From Ylistrum balloti (Eukaryota): a stretch of 64,000 bases of DNA. The notes beneath the pieces were generated by a model, which did not search any database, was not told the DNA's origin, and saw only the letters and a list, made by a program, of their open reading frames with translations. Made by a program: the position numbers and the translations under genes. How positions within the stretch are numbered: the stretch's first letter is position 1; each line of letters opens with the position of its first letter. This document shows positions 52,734 through 64,000 of this stretch, one piece after another. Where the stretch lies: assembly GCF_031769215.1 (NCBI RefSeq), contig NW_026782484.1, forward strand, positions 372,001 through 436,000, written 5' to 3'.

Positions 52734-52956
52734 ATGAACACAAACACATCCTATGGAGGCCTTTTGTTAGACACAACAGACCTGTCCAAAGACGAATCCG
52801 TCCCAATGGTAACAAGCGACTACATCCAAGTATCTGCTGCCATGAAACATCTGACGACCACTATCATGTCGGCAGTATCTAACGCCACCAACATCAGCAA
52901 CATCGTCCACAACATCACGGTGGTGGAGGAAAACAAAGTTATCTGCACCCCGCCAG
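52734..52956 (+). CDS. Probable first coding exon of a membrane protein (receptor-like glycosylated N-terminus)
   Basis: Pyrimidine-rich acceptor ...TTTTATTACTTCAG at 52730, ATCATGA start, phase-1 donor CAG|GTTAGT at 52957, higher GC than the flanks. The 74 aa carry four N-x-S/T sequons (NTS, NAT, NIS, NIT) and no signal peptide. No downstream exon identified. Confidence 0.55.
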
Positions 52957-53424
52957 GTTAGTATCCGTTATTCTCAAAGTTGATGAAACGAGACCTACTA
53001 TAGATAAAATGTTTTTATTAGTAAAAATTAACATATACAATTGATAAGCTTTTTCATGGAATATTAGCATCTACATGTTTTGTAAATCTTCGCAAAGCCG
53101 AATTGTCCTAAGATTTTCAACATAGAGGTTGAAAACAAAAACCAACATGAAAAGTCGTGAGGTTTGAAAAGGTCTAAAATCCAAAATCGTCATCCCAATA
53201 ATAGTCCTCGTTAGGTAATTATGTCAACAATACTCCTAAAGAAATCAAGGTGCCGACCATAATTCCCCCAAAATCTAAAACTGTTACTTTTGGTTACATT
53301 TTTGTAGAAAATTGAGACTGAGGCAGTAGTGTCTGATTTCAGGGAGGAGGGTCTTATATTAGCTCTGAGCTTTAAAAAAACAACCCAAAAAACACCAATG
53401 ACTTTTCTACGTTTGTTGCTTGCC

Positions 53425-53810
53425 AACAGAGACAAGCTTTTTAACAACCGCGATTATTTCCCTGTAGTGTATTTTCCATTTCTAGATAGTGACAATCCCG
53501 CTTCCTTAACATATGGTATATGTCATAATTCGATATTCCGTGGCTTGTTTCCAATATCACGATTTTCTTGCAGATGATAGATAAATTCACAGGGTTTTGA
53601 AAGATGCTGGTCCTCGAATGCTATAGACTAGTTCTATGACCGTCACTCCATTATCCCATTAAGAAACTTTCTGTTTACTTGGGCGATAAAGTGAAGTGCA
53701 CTCGATGTTCGTTTGTTTGCCTGGATGCTTTTTTAACCTTGTGGTCATTTAAGCACATTGAATTACTGGCGGGCGTCATCGATGAAGCAGAAGATACTTA
53801 TCATGAAAAC
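53425..53810 (+). mobile_element. Degenerate Penelope-like reverse transcriptase fragment
   Basis: DKLFNNRDYFPVVYFPFLDSDNPASLTYGI resembles the LYDKRDDFNFPIVNFPFL.SNIP.SPAYGVY motif; homologous to the 58640-58867 fragment in this window. Confidence 0.6.
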
Positions 53811-56800
53811 GGAATGTATAATGAGTTATAGATATGATTTTGCATAAACATTTTGTCGTTGAATGTTATTTCAATAGACTTAACACAAAATACAGCCACA
53901 GATGAGTACCAAGGTACACAATGTACTTGCTACGTTCTCTTGGTGAAGCAATTCATTGCCACTTTAAATCATCGTGACCCCGACCTCGACATTTCAGTAT
54001 AAGACATTACATTCCCAGTACACTCTCTAACCGCCCGAGAGCCAAATTAAAACATCTGACTGCTTGTATTTTTTTCTGTTCTTACGAGTATGTCGGTGAA
54101 ATAACTTGAGTAGTAACATCCAAATGCCGCAAGGTGGTGTGACTGAACCAGGTTTATGGTTGATACACTATAGTAACAAATGTAGAAGATGTATGAATCT
54201 CTATGCTTACAACCTAAGTACTCTTTGTAAACCAATATTGATTTCTTGATACTTGGAGGCGATGTTTAGGACTATTTTAAAGTTTTAAATTCATTTCATT
54301 GTAAGTTTTCATGCAGAATTCGATGTTTAATTGATTTATCTATCCACAATATAACATAGACCACAGGCATCAGCACAACTTCTAGGAAACCATTGATCGC
54401 GGGAGGGGAATATTTCGTAAGATGGAGTAGTTCGTATACCTTCCATACGAAACAATAGTTCCATAGTTTATGTACTAAGTAAAGGTCACCAAGCTAAAAT
54501 GTTTTCATCAGCTGTTCTAGATATACCTGAATTAATATTGCATTTGCTATTGATACTGTAGTGAATAAAGGATGACCTTTTGCTTGCTTTCCTTTAGTAA
54601 TAATACTATTACAGTCTTTGTCAGATGACTATTAAGATACTTGGTCTTGTACCTTTGCCAACTCTGCTAGTCACTTCCTGGAATTTGATAACAACGGAAT
54701 CACAAGGGACAGCTTTCCACTAAGTTGTGTAAGTTGTGTAAGTGTGATTATTTCAAAGTCTGATGTGATTTTCTAGATAGTTACATCTACTTTCGAACCA
54801 ATGGTGTTGATATCTCACAGTTGATTCAATATCCAAGGGGCTGTTCCCATTATCTCGATTTTTTGTGAATTATGTCTACAGCTGAATAATCATAACATTT
54901 ATTTATTTCATGGTTTAAACCGGGAACACTACTTGAAGAGCAAAAAACGTTCCTGAATATCACAAATATCCTTTTTTGTTCCATCTCATTCTCGTGGTTT
55001 TTCTTCAGTCACGAAATCAACAAAATGTTCTACACTTTTTACATTTAATGTAATACAGTATTTGGAAATTTTATTGGTATCATCACGATGTCATTGGTAA
55101 ATATTTAGCGATATAGGGTTTGTTGTCTTCGATGCACATTTTTCACTCAATGGTTACATAAGAGAACGTTGCATTATCTGGATGCACTCAGATTTACATG
55201 ACGAGTTTTTTTTTCGAAAACGCTTACCCTTCTGGAACGCCCGGCTTTTAATCTCCGTTTAGAGTTTTGCGTTGTTTACGTTTATTGATATTGACTTGGT
55301 ATTATCTGTTTGTTCTTGTTTATTTATGGAAATGTTAATTACAAAAACCAACGCAAAATGAAACAAAATCAATGAAAGCCAAATTTGAAGGATTCTTTAT
55401 TATGAGCTTAAGGGAAATATTGTCTGATGTCGATGAAGAAATCACTACAAAACATGTTAAATTTCCTAGTAAAATTGCTTCGAAGACCAAAATATTCACT
55501 TAAAGTTTGTACTCAGTAAAAATGCTACCAAGGAGATTATTCAAATATAATTATATAATCTCTTCAGGTCTGTTGCTTTCGAAATGTTTTTTTCACGACG
55601 CGCACGTGTGACAGTATGATTTATATTATCTAACGACACGGAAGACTTTACACTGGGGTAGTAAAAATGCTTTATATGACACTAACCCTAAATCGATGGC
55701 TGGAATAACTGCTCTCTAGTCATATACTCTTGGCTGATAAGACTATGAAAGAGTACAGCGCTTTTGAAAAATGGATAATTACCATTGACAACTATTCCCC
55801 TACGCTTAACTAGGGATATTTCCTACTATTGTGTCACAGAGTGAAGACATGGCTTAGTGGATAATAGTTTTACACACCCGAAAATACACAACAAAGCTAC
55901 ACTGGTGGTCACAAAAATACAACTCATACCCGTTAACACTGCCATATCAGTCATATTAGTTTATATCATGTCAGTATATACGTGTTCACAATAACCAGTC
56001 CTATACAATGTCCCATACAAACACTTTCAACAACAACATAGTCATTTTTAGAAAAATCTCGATATAAACTCCAAATCGCTGAAACAAGGACAAAACATAG
56101 ATAAACGAGATGTTTATACTTATACCATTTAAAACGTCATGGAGTGTGTAATACTAAATCAACTTCGTCATGTAAACACCACAGTTAGGACAGGGTTGTT
56201 ACTATCTATCAATGGAAAATTCACAATACGGACATAGAAATATTAACGTTATCGCATAGCTTAGTGAATATTTGATGTTTGCGTTGTAAGTTAAGACTGC
56301 TATTAGCGGCCTGTCATTTATATCCTATTCTGTTTGGTATATGTGTTGGAAATGGCTGACATGAGAAACGCTGAAGATCCTCCACAAACACAAACACTCC
56401 TGCTGTATATATATATATGTATATATATGATTAGCCACAATATGCCCTTCCCTTACTTGACCGTTTGAAAGCCATTTAGCCTTATACAATAATTCTGCAT
56501 CAGTGCCTTCCTCTCCACTTATCGAATAAGTTTATTCTGTGGCCCAGCATCCGTCTCCGCCCCTTGTATATAGTGTTCTTTCTGATTAATCTAAATGTCC
56601 ACTACAATAGCCTGGTCAAGTCTGAGTCATTACATCTACTCTTTTCCACAGTTGCCCCTGGGGACAAGCAATCTAGACCCAAACTGTAGCAGGGCCAATT
56701 TCACTAGAAATTCAAAGTATTGCCAACGAATTCACAAAAAAAATGTTTAATTCATCAATGTGATATAGCTTGTTTATGTCTGCTTTGGCCCAAACGTAAA

Positions 56801-58499
56801 TAGCACGAATCTCTCCTCTATGACACAACACCGTCTGAGCAAATATGCTTTCTAGGCACATAAAATCGACTTTAATCACATGGGTCCGCGCAAGAAACTT
56901 TATATCTATTTAAATGAAAAATGTTTTATTTAGTTAATAAAACTAGACGTTTCCTAGTTTTGAAACAAATCTTTAATATTGTAGTGGAAGACACTGCTGG
57001 TGAACCTATAGTCCCCGAGCTTTGCCAACATGCCAAGTTACAATTCATTCGAATAGTGGTATTTCAGCTTATACACATGTAATAGACGTTTCTCTGAAAT
57101 TATCGGACATATGAAAATTAGGAGATTTATTACGTAATGATTCTAATGCATCTTTCTGTCTAGATTTTGACATTTCTTTCGATCACTTTTGATTTTCCTC
57201 TGTCGCCGTTTAAGACTCACTATTCAAACCCCTTAATATCATTGAAGACCTAGAAGGACTCGTGGCAATCAAGGCCACCTCAAGGTCATTTTAAATGTAA
57301 CTGCTCGCTATATCATGATTTCATACAGTTGTTAAACAATTATAAACAACTGTTATAGATGATTTGCATGGTGAAACGCTTGTTGAAGTGTAAGTCTCAA
57401 TAAAACACTAAATGCTGTATCATGTCCAACTGAAGTGCCGGAACAAAAATAGAATTATTGGCTACAGTGACACGTGGAAGTGACATGCAGTCTTATAAAG
57501 ATGTACCGAAACTAAAAGGTTGAAGACACTCTGGTAGATAGTAAAGTGCATACAGGGTATCGGGCTTATAAAATTATACTGTAGGTCGTAGACACCATAG
57601 AATCTATCCATGATGTTCGCAAATCTTGGATAATGTATATGAAATAGTACGGGAGATATGCTTCAGAAACGAATTAGTATGAGTTTTAGACGCATTCTAA
57701 ATTGGTTCGCTGCAAAACAGACAGTGGTGAACGATAAGCTGTTGTGAATTGGTTCCTGTTTTCAGCTAGGCTCTTGATTCTAAATTCCAACTCTGTAATA
57801 GGTGCTTCTCCGATGTACAGGACATATTTTATACTTTCCATGATAACAGTTTTAAGTAATAGAATTCCGGTTTTAACACTGGGTCTGTTAACACAACCCA
57901 TTATTTTCTCCTCGCAGAGTAGCGTGTGTTAGGGATGGATGTGGCTGGTAGGCGCCCTGCTCCCTCGGTACCCTTCACATTGTCATTGATAAAAGCTTTT
58001 CATGAGATAAAAATCCAGTATATTTGAATTCACTGTAAGCGAGTATCTATTTTATCGTCTAAAGCACACGTGATCTCTACCAATAAACATCCAACTACAT
58101 CACCTTTGCCAAAAAAGGCTCCCGTTCTTCGGAGTATCATCGTGCTGTAACATTACAGAAATAAGACAATGGATGTTTATCACACATAGCATGAAAAATA
58201 CACTTAATACAAACAAGTGTATAACACTGCATGTACGTTATCCATATAGCACGTTGTAAAAACAACAAAAAATACCAACTTGTCAACATCATCAAAATCT
58301 AAACTCAAATTCAACAAAACTAGTGCATTATCTAAACAAATCTAGAAATCTTTACTCGGAGCTTCTGAAAAAGTACAAGGAGAGTAAAACAAGGTTTTCC
58401 GAAAGAGTCAGCGTCTTTGTCTTCTGGTCAATCCAAGTGAGTAATGGCACGTTCTCAAATGAGAACAAGGTATATAACAACTAAACCAACAGGGAATCT

Positions 58500-59080
58500 A
58501 ACGAGCATAAACACGTGCAGTTTCATATTGAACAAAGAAATAGAATATTTCTCATTGATATCACTAAGATGACCATATAACTTCCACATAGCTTATATCA
58601 ACCTGCATCTCTTGAAAACATTGTGTTACCGTTTGTCCGTCAGTTGATGACTTCTTGCAGGAAAATCGTAATAATGAAAAAACCTCTCGAATATCGAATC
58701 AACTGCAATATGTAAACACTATAAGCTTGGGACGCAGGAATGTTGTTATCCAGAAATGGAAAATTCACAATAGTGAAGTTGAAATCTTCATGCTTCCATG
58801 TTGGTTTCCTTCCAGGAAAAGATCGAGATATGTGGCTGATGTAGGAGAATCTGTGGTCTCCTTTCATGAGTCTGCTCTAGTTTCATCGAATTTGAGTTTC
58901 AGTTAAGATTCTGACTGTATGTCGGCATTTTCATTTGTATTTTCAGGTTAAGATTGTTATGAAGGATTCTATATTTATTTTCTAATAAACCGATTTTGTT
59001 ACTTATTACTGATACCCTCTATGTCGTAAAGATCGGACAAAATTCACCATTTGGATGTCATCAATATTTCCTCCTAGTTT
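58500..59080 (-). mobile_element. Degenerate Penelope-like reverse transcriptase fragment
   Basis: Minus-strand pieces NIDDI, ETTDSPTSATYLDLFLE and EDFNFTIVNFPFLDNNIPASQAYSVYILQLIRYSRG. Confidence 0.75.
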
Positions 59081-60559
59081 GTGAACAAGAAATTGAAGAA
59101 AGTTTAATATACCATAACACATTAAAGGTATGATTTCCTTTTTTCTCATTCAGAAACTTGTCAGGATTACCTGAATACATCATGGCGGTCTAATCCTTCC
59201 ATTTTATATGGTCTCGCTTCTGTTTAACTTTTAATGACTTTTCTATTATTACCCCTTTCTCATTATGGTATAAGCATTGCGTGTTCCGAAGAAATAGAAC
59301 AAACGATGATTTTGGAGTGAAAACTTATTCTCAGAAAACGTCTACCGCGTACTCCTTATCCAGATTTAACTCTGAAATCACATAGTCATGCGATATTGTT
59401 GCCTGAATACATGTTCATTCATTTAAGCATTGATCCATCTTTCCCTACACATAATGTGTAATGGAAACATCTATTGATGTTTTTTTTCTATTCACGTGAA
59501 GTGGTACGTTTGAACACGTGGGTGTGGTCTGGTGTTGGTTATGCTTGGTAGTAGCTCAGCTCCATGTTGTGTTCCCTTGCGGGTCGACCACGCCAAATGG
59601 ATATTTTTTTAGGATAGATTTAATAATGAATGGCAATCGAAAAGATTTTCCTGTAACTCCCACCTCCCACACACGAACGTCTGCCGCCCATCATGGATAC
59701 TTCATCAGCGATCAAACCAGAGAAAGCATCACAGCTCCCAGTGATAATATCGAGTTTCCCACTTCTTCCCTTATGAGACTTATTGATTATCTCCTGGTCT
59801 TCATTTTCCAATAAAGATATATAGGTTCTAGATTGTATCATTTGCCTTCATGGTCTACCGACATGATGTGAACGTTCTTAACAGAAGGAAAAATGTTATC
59901 AAACTCTTCATTCAAACTAAAAATCAAAAGAGAGAAAATAAAACATAGAATTGACCTTTAGGATCTTTAGAAGGTACCAGAATATTGTGCGCCTTGTAGC
60001 AACACCCACTATTTAAATTCATTGTCAGTTCAAATAAGTAATGCTGCATTGTTGAAGAAACTGCAAGACTTATTAACGACCATTGCACAAATCTAATTTC
60101 ATATCGAAAAAAGACTTGGCTTTTTTATGTTGAGATCATGATGGCGGACGTAAAATATAATCTTCATCAACCTGCATCCATTAAACCCCCTGTGCTGTGA
60201 GTTTATTTGTCAGCTCTCGACATTTCTCTCGGAAATTATAATATCGAGAACAAGCTCTAGAACATCGATCAAATTAAAAAAGTGAAAAAAAAAAAAAAAA
60301 AAACAAATGGAGAAAAAAAAAATCGAATGCTTGATGATCAGCTTCACTATTGTATTTTGGATAAAGATAGAGACAAACGGATAGAGAGTTCGACTAAACC
60401 AACTGTTATTCGAATTGGTTAATAGATTTTTCAATATATAATTGGTATATGATGCCGAAATGTTAAAGATAAGAAAAACCTAACCAGAGCTGGATATTGT
60501 CCCAGCCAGGGCCTGCACAATCATGACTTCATGATATTGTGATATTATGTTGTCGATTT

Positions 60560-61790
60560 CCCCACCCAAAAGATTGTTCGTTGCTCTCTTAGGTTTTCTT
60601 CACTAGTTTTCAGTAGTCGATTCATAATCACCTGACGTTCTCTCTTTCCAATTAAGGAAGCGTCATTAATCCTTGCAATTGACAATGACTCCTGATATTT
60701 GTGGACAGCAGGAATGATGATCATTGGTTACCGCTGTTTGGCGTGAATCGTCCGGCCTGTGATGAGAACTCTTCCGTCAGAGAGGTGTGATTAGTTGCAG
60801 ATTTCACGTGTCAGCGTCTAAATGAACGCTGTGAGATGGCCCTGGTATTTACATAAGGTTTGGTCAAGTTCCTAGTCATTTGTAGTAGGATCAGCACTTC
60901 AGTGAACGAGTGTGATAATGACTAGTTTTAGGCTGTGGTCCTATCGGTCGGTCAGATCACGAAGATCAATACTAATGCCGTCTTAACCTCCCAGATTAAG
61001 TCTGTTACTGGGCTTTGTATACAAGTATAACCTGGAAATAAATATTCCAATCACCACAATCTGACGTCTCCATCAACCTTGAAAGTGAACGATACTAGAG
61101 TGACGAGGAAATTTTCCAGTCTGCTCAATTAAGGTCCGTTTGCACCGATGGGTCATAATAAAAGAACCCTCCAAATTACTTCATCATGCCCTAGTATTTA
61201 TAGAATATTTGTCAACAGCGAGATTTCTTAGTGAAGGCTGATCAGTTCTAGAGACACAGATATATAATATTTGACAAACTTCACAAAAGATTTCGATTGG
61301 CTCTAGGATGCTTTATATAGTATGTGACAACAATCCTGTGCCTTGGAGCAGCGTTCATCATCTGGCGTCCTGAGACCGTCCTTCCTTTGACTTTTTCCTA
61401 ATTATTGCTACTGGTCATGGACAACATGAGCTGATTTGACAATTCGGTGAAAAGCATCTTTTGGGAAAGATGAACGAAGTTTGTAGAAGTAAAAAGTTTA
61501 AGTTCCCAGGGATCTGAGTAAGTGGAAATTTAGTGCATTCTTTAACATCTATTATGGAGGAATTACAGGATTGCTCCAATTTTGCAAGAGGGGAGAGAAC
61601 TCTATCTTCTATAAACGGTTTGTCAGATATACACTCCCATAAAGGGCAGCTAGGGATGGTTTGAGAGGCGTAAAATTTGGAAATTACTTTATAGTCCTTC
61701 TGCTTTTTGGATGGAGGTATTTGTACCAAATTATGTTGGAAGCACCTTTGGGTAAAGGGAAACCAATGAAGGGTGTCAGAAAGGACAGGA
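60560..61790 (-). mobile_element. Highly decayed non-LTR retrotransposon RT region (possibly I/Nimb-like)
   Basis: Minus-strand pieces IPPSKKQKDY...IPSC, QGTGLLSHT, GKFPRHSSIVHF and ADPTT occur in the order expected for RT motifs; many stops. Confidence 0.45.
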
Positions 61791-62699
61791 TTTTGACCGA
61801 ATTTGGTTCGAAACAGCCTTAAGTGAAAAGGACTTTTTTAAAAAATCTGTTCGACTGACCTCATGGAGTTAAAGCGGAAGGATTCAGTAGAAACATATTG
61901 GTATATACATCTTTAGAACCCTTCATTTTTGATTAGATAAAGCTACATGAGAATAGCAAAACCCAGCGAAAAATCAAACATTTTACTTAATGAACAGTTG
62001 CTGATATTAGCGTCCATGTTTAGAAAATTTGAAACCTTTACAAGTTTGAACGTGTGTTAGATATCTCTGTAAAATATATATATTGTCAGCTCTATAAAAA
62101 TATGTATTTATATAGTATTTTTTTTACTTCTCATTCTGTTTATTTTTTCTTTATTTAATTATATGTAATAATATTTTCCAGCATAGTTTCCATTATGGAT
62201 CCTCTTCGTTGGACACCTAAGAGTTATTATAATAATAAATTTCACTTCCGGTTGTTATACGTAATGTCCTCTTGTAGTGATTGTACTTTATTCCCTGCCC
62301 ATTCCAGTCGAGTCATCCTGTTTGTTTTAAAGCCGTTTTCTGTGTTTGCAGTTGCTATGTTATCAGGCTTACTGTTCCATACTGCTGTTGTCCTTATGGA
62401 GAAAGAATTATTTGTTCTATGTTAATGAAGTGACAGATCAGCTCACATTACTGCTACGACACTTCGTCAGAATAAATGTCAAATTACTGAAAAACTGATT
62501 TAAAATGGGAACGTGCAAACACGCACACGCCATGAGAATCGGCTTATGTGAAACAGACTCACGTAAATAGTTCCTATTCTATCCGGTTCTATACATAATC
62601 AGGGATAATCAGTAACTGATGACGTCATCATCGTGTATGAAAGTGATAAATAAGTAGGCATGGATAAAGGTAAGGGAGGAATGACCGGTCACCGCGTTG

Positions 62700-62740
62700 A
62701 TGAGAGAGAGAGGGAGAGAGAGAGGGGGAGAGAGAGAGCG
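62700..62740. repeat. (GA)n microsatellite
   Basis: GAGAGAGAGAGGGAGAGAGAGAGGGGGAGAGAGAGAG. Confidence 0.9.
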
Positions 62741-63619
62741 CGCGTCTTTGATAACCAAAATAAAGGGTATGGTATGGTAGGGATCATACTAGTATTACTA
62801 GCATTACAGGAAAGTGTAGGAAACATCCTATATAAGACAGGGCCGTTCGTGATGAACAGATGACTGGTAGGGAACCTATCACAAACAGAGGAAATGCTTC
62901 AGTGTAAACAAATAGCATTCGATCTATTGGGATATTGTTTCAAATCTCTTCGGAATCAATATGGGCCGTACCTGATTAGTAAGTAACTTGTTTGTAAAGA
63001 AAGGGGACCGGTACACGGTCATGTCTTTATGTGTTACCTCTAGACATGATCCTTTTCTATTTCAGAAATTTTTCTTCAGAAGCGTAATTTTAATAGAAGT
63101 TCTTATAACACAACAGTAGAAGAGTAAAATGTGTCGACTACACTGTCACCTTCATCAGACTAGTGTGGTGCGTACTAAGTAACACAGGCGTGGTGTACAA
63201 GATGGTAAGGAATCGACAATTTTTTTCGGCTGTACTGTATGTACACTATGGTAGAAAACAGTGTGACTAGATGGTAGGATGATTATAGTTAAATGTACAC
63301 AGGGTTGTTGCAATGTACTGAAGTCGATTCGGCTACGCTTTGGTTAACATTTGGTCAAAGGTCATAGATATGCGAGAGTCTACTCCTTGCAATCTCGTAC
63401 ATCACGCACGTCATTGCAAGGAGGCTTCAAATTCTTTATTTGTCTGATGAAGGTGTCCCAAAATATCAGAACTTAGTATGGATAAGATTTTGGCACCAAG
63501 ACACAGAAATCACGTTGTGTTTACGTTATAATGTAGCAACGTAGAAACAACACCTTCAAGCCTCAATATCAGATGCCCGATTAATATCATCAATACCCGT
63601 AAGATCATCAGTAACGTGC

Positions 63620-64000
63620 AGAAAGATAAAATAAGAGAAAACGAATGCATTATCAACAACAAAACTAACGCATTAACAAGCACGAAAACACTATGTACTC
63701 ACCGCTAAGCTAACAAAGCGGTTATCGAGTGACACTCTCGGGGATATTAACACACATATGAAGCGCATAGGAAAAAAGCTTTCAATATGATCAAAGAACG
63801 CCATTTGACAAAGTTTAAATGTTTGATAGAGATATTTGCGAAAAACAGTACAAAAACAGGGTCACAGGGTTTGAATTATTCCATTGTCCCAGACGAGATT
63901 CCAGTTGATGAAAGCATGTAAGAACTGGAGCTCCGTTGAGGATAATCAACAGAGGTTACAGGTGGCAAGTGTCTCAAAATCTATGAAATTAACAGCGAAC
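63620..64000 (+). mobile_element. Possible Penelope-like ORF N-terminal fragment
   Basis: IKERHLTKFKCL and GLNYSIVPDEIPVDE resemble the GLNFA..P..IPVDE segment preceding Penelope RT domains (recalled from memory); interrupted by stops. Confidence 0.4.

Noticed and set aside
63880-63920. VDESM as a piggyBac catalytic motif
   Set aside because: The surrounding GLNYSIVPDEIPVDE fits a Penelope-type N-terminal segment better, and no other piggyBac motifs or TTAA-flanked TIRs were seen.

Overview
AT-rich eukaryotic genomic DNA, probably from a bivalve mollusc (inferred from the transposon types and the protein class, not proven). The first 31 kb hold a head-to-tail array of five apparently intact paralogues on the + strand. 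Each encodes a small (121-134 aa) secreted Gly/Tyr/Ser-rich protein: signal peptide, (GSGY)n and GKGY repeats, a poly-Pro hinge, an acidic linker and a Leu-rich C-terminal tail. All five share a four-exon plan: an inferred ~11-nt non-coding exon 1, coding exon 2, an 88-nt exon 3 with the stop, and a 3'UTR exon 4 with ATTAAA. They also share a promoter cassette (CGTCAC, CACGTG, AACAGGAAGTCAC, TATA). Copies 1-3 sit in ~5.5-5.8 kb tandem duplication units carrying complementary remnants of a Tc1 element and a TA-flanked MITE. Positions 17-50 kb are packed with more than 15 distinct minisatellite arrays, which account for all the long ORFs in the track. Also present: a decayed mariner with both TIRs, CR1-, Penelope- and I-type retroelement fragments, one 139-N gap, and one probable first coding exon (52734-52956) resembling a glycosylated receptor N-terminus. 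No rRNA, tRNA or CRISPR array was found.
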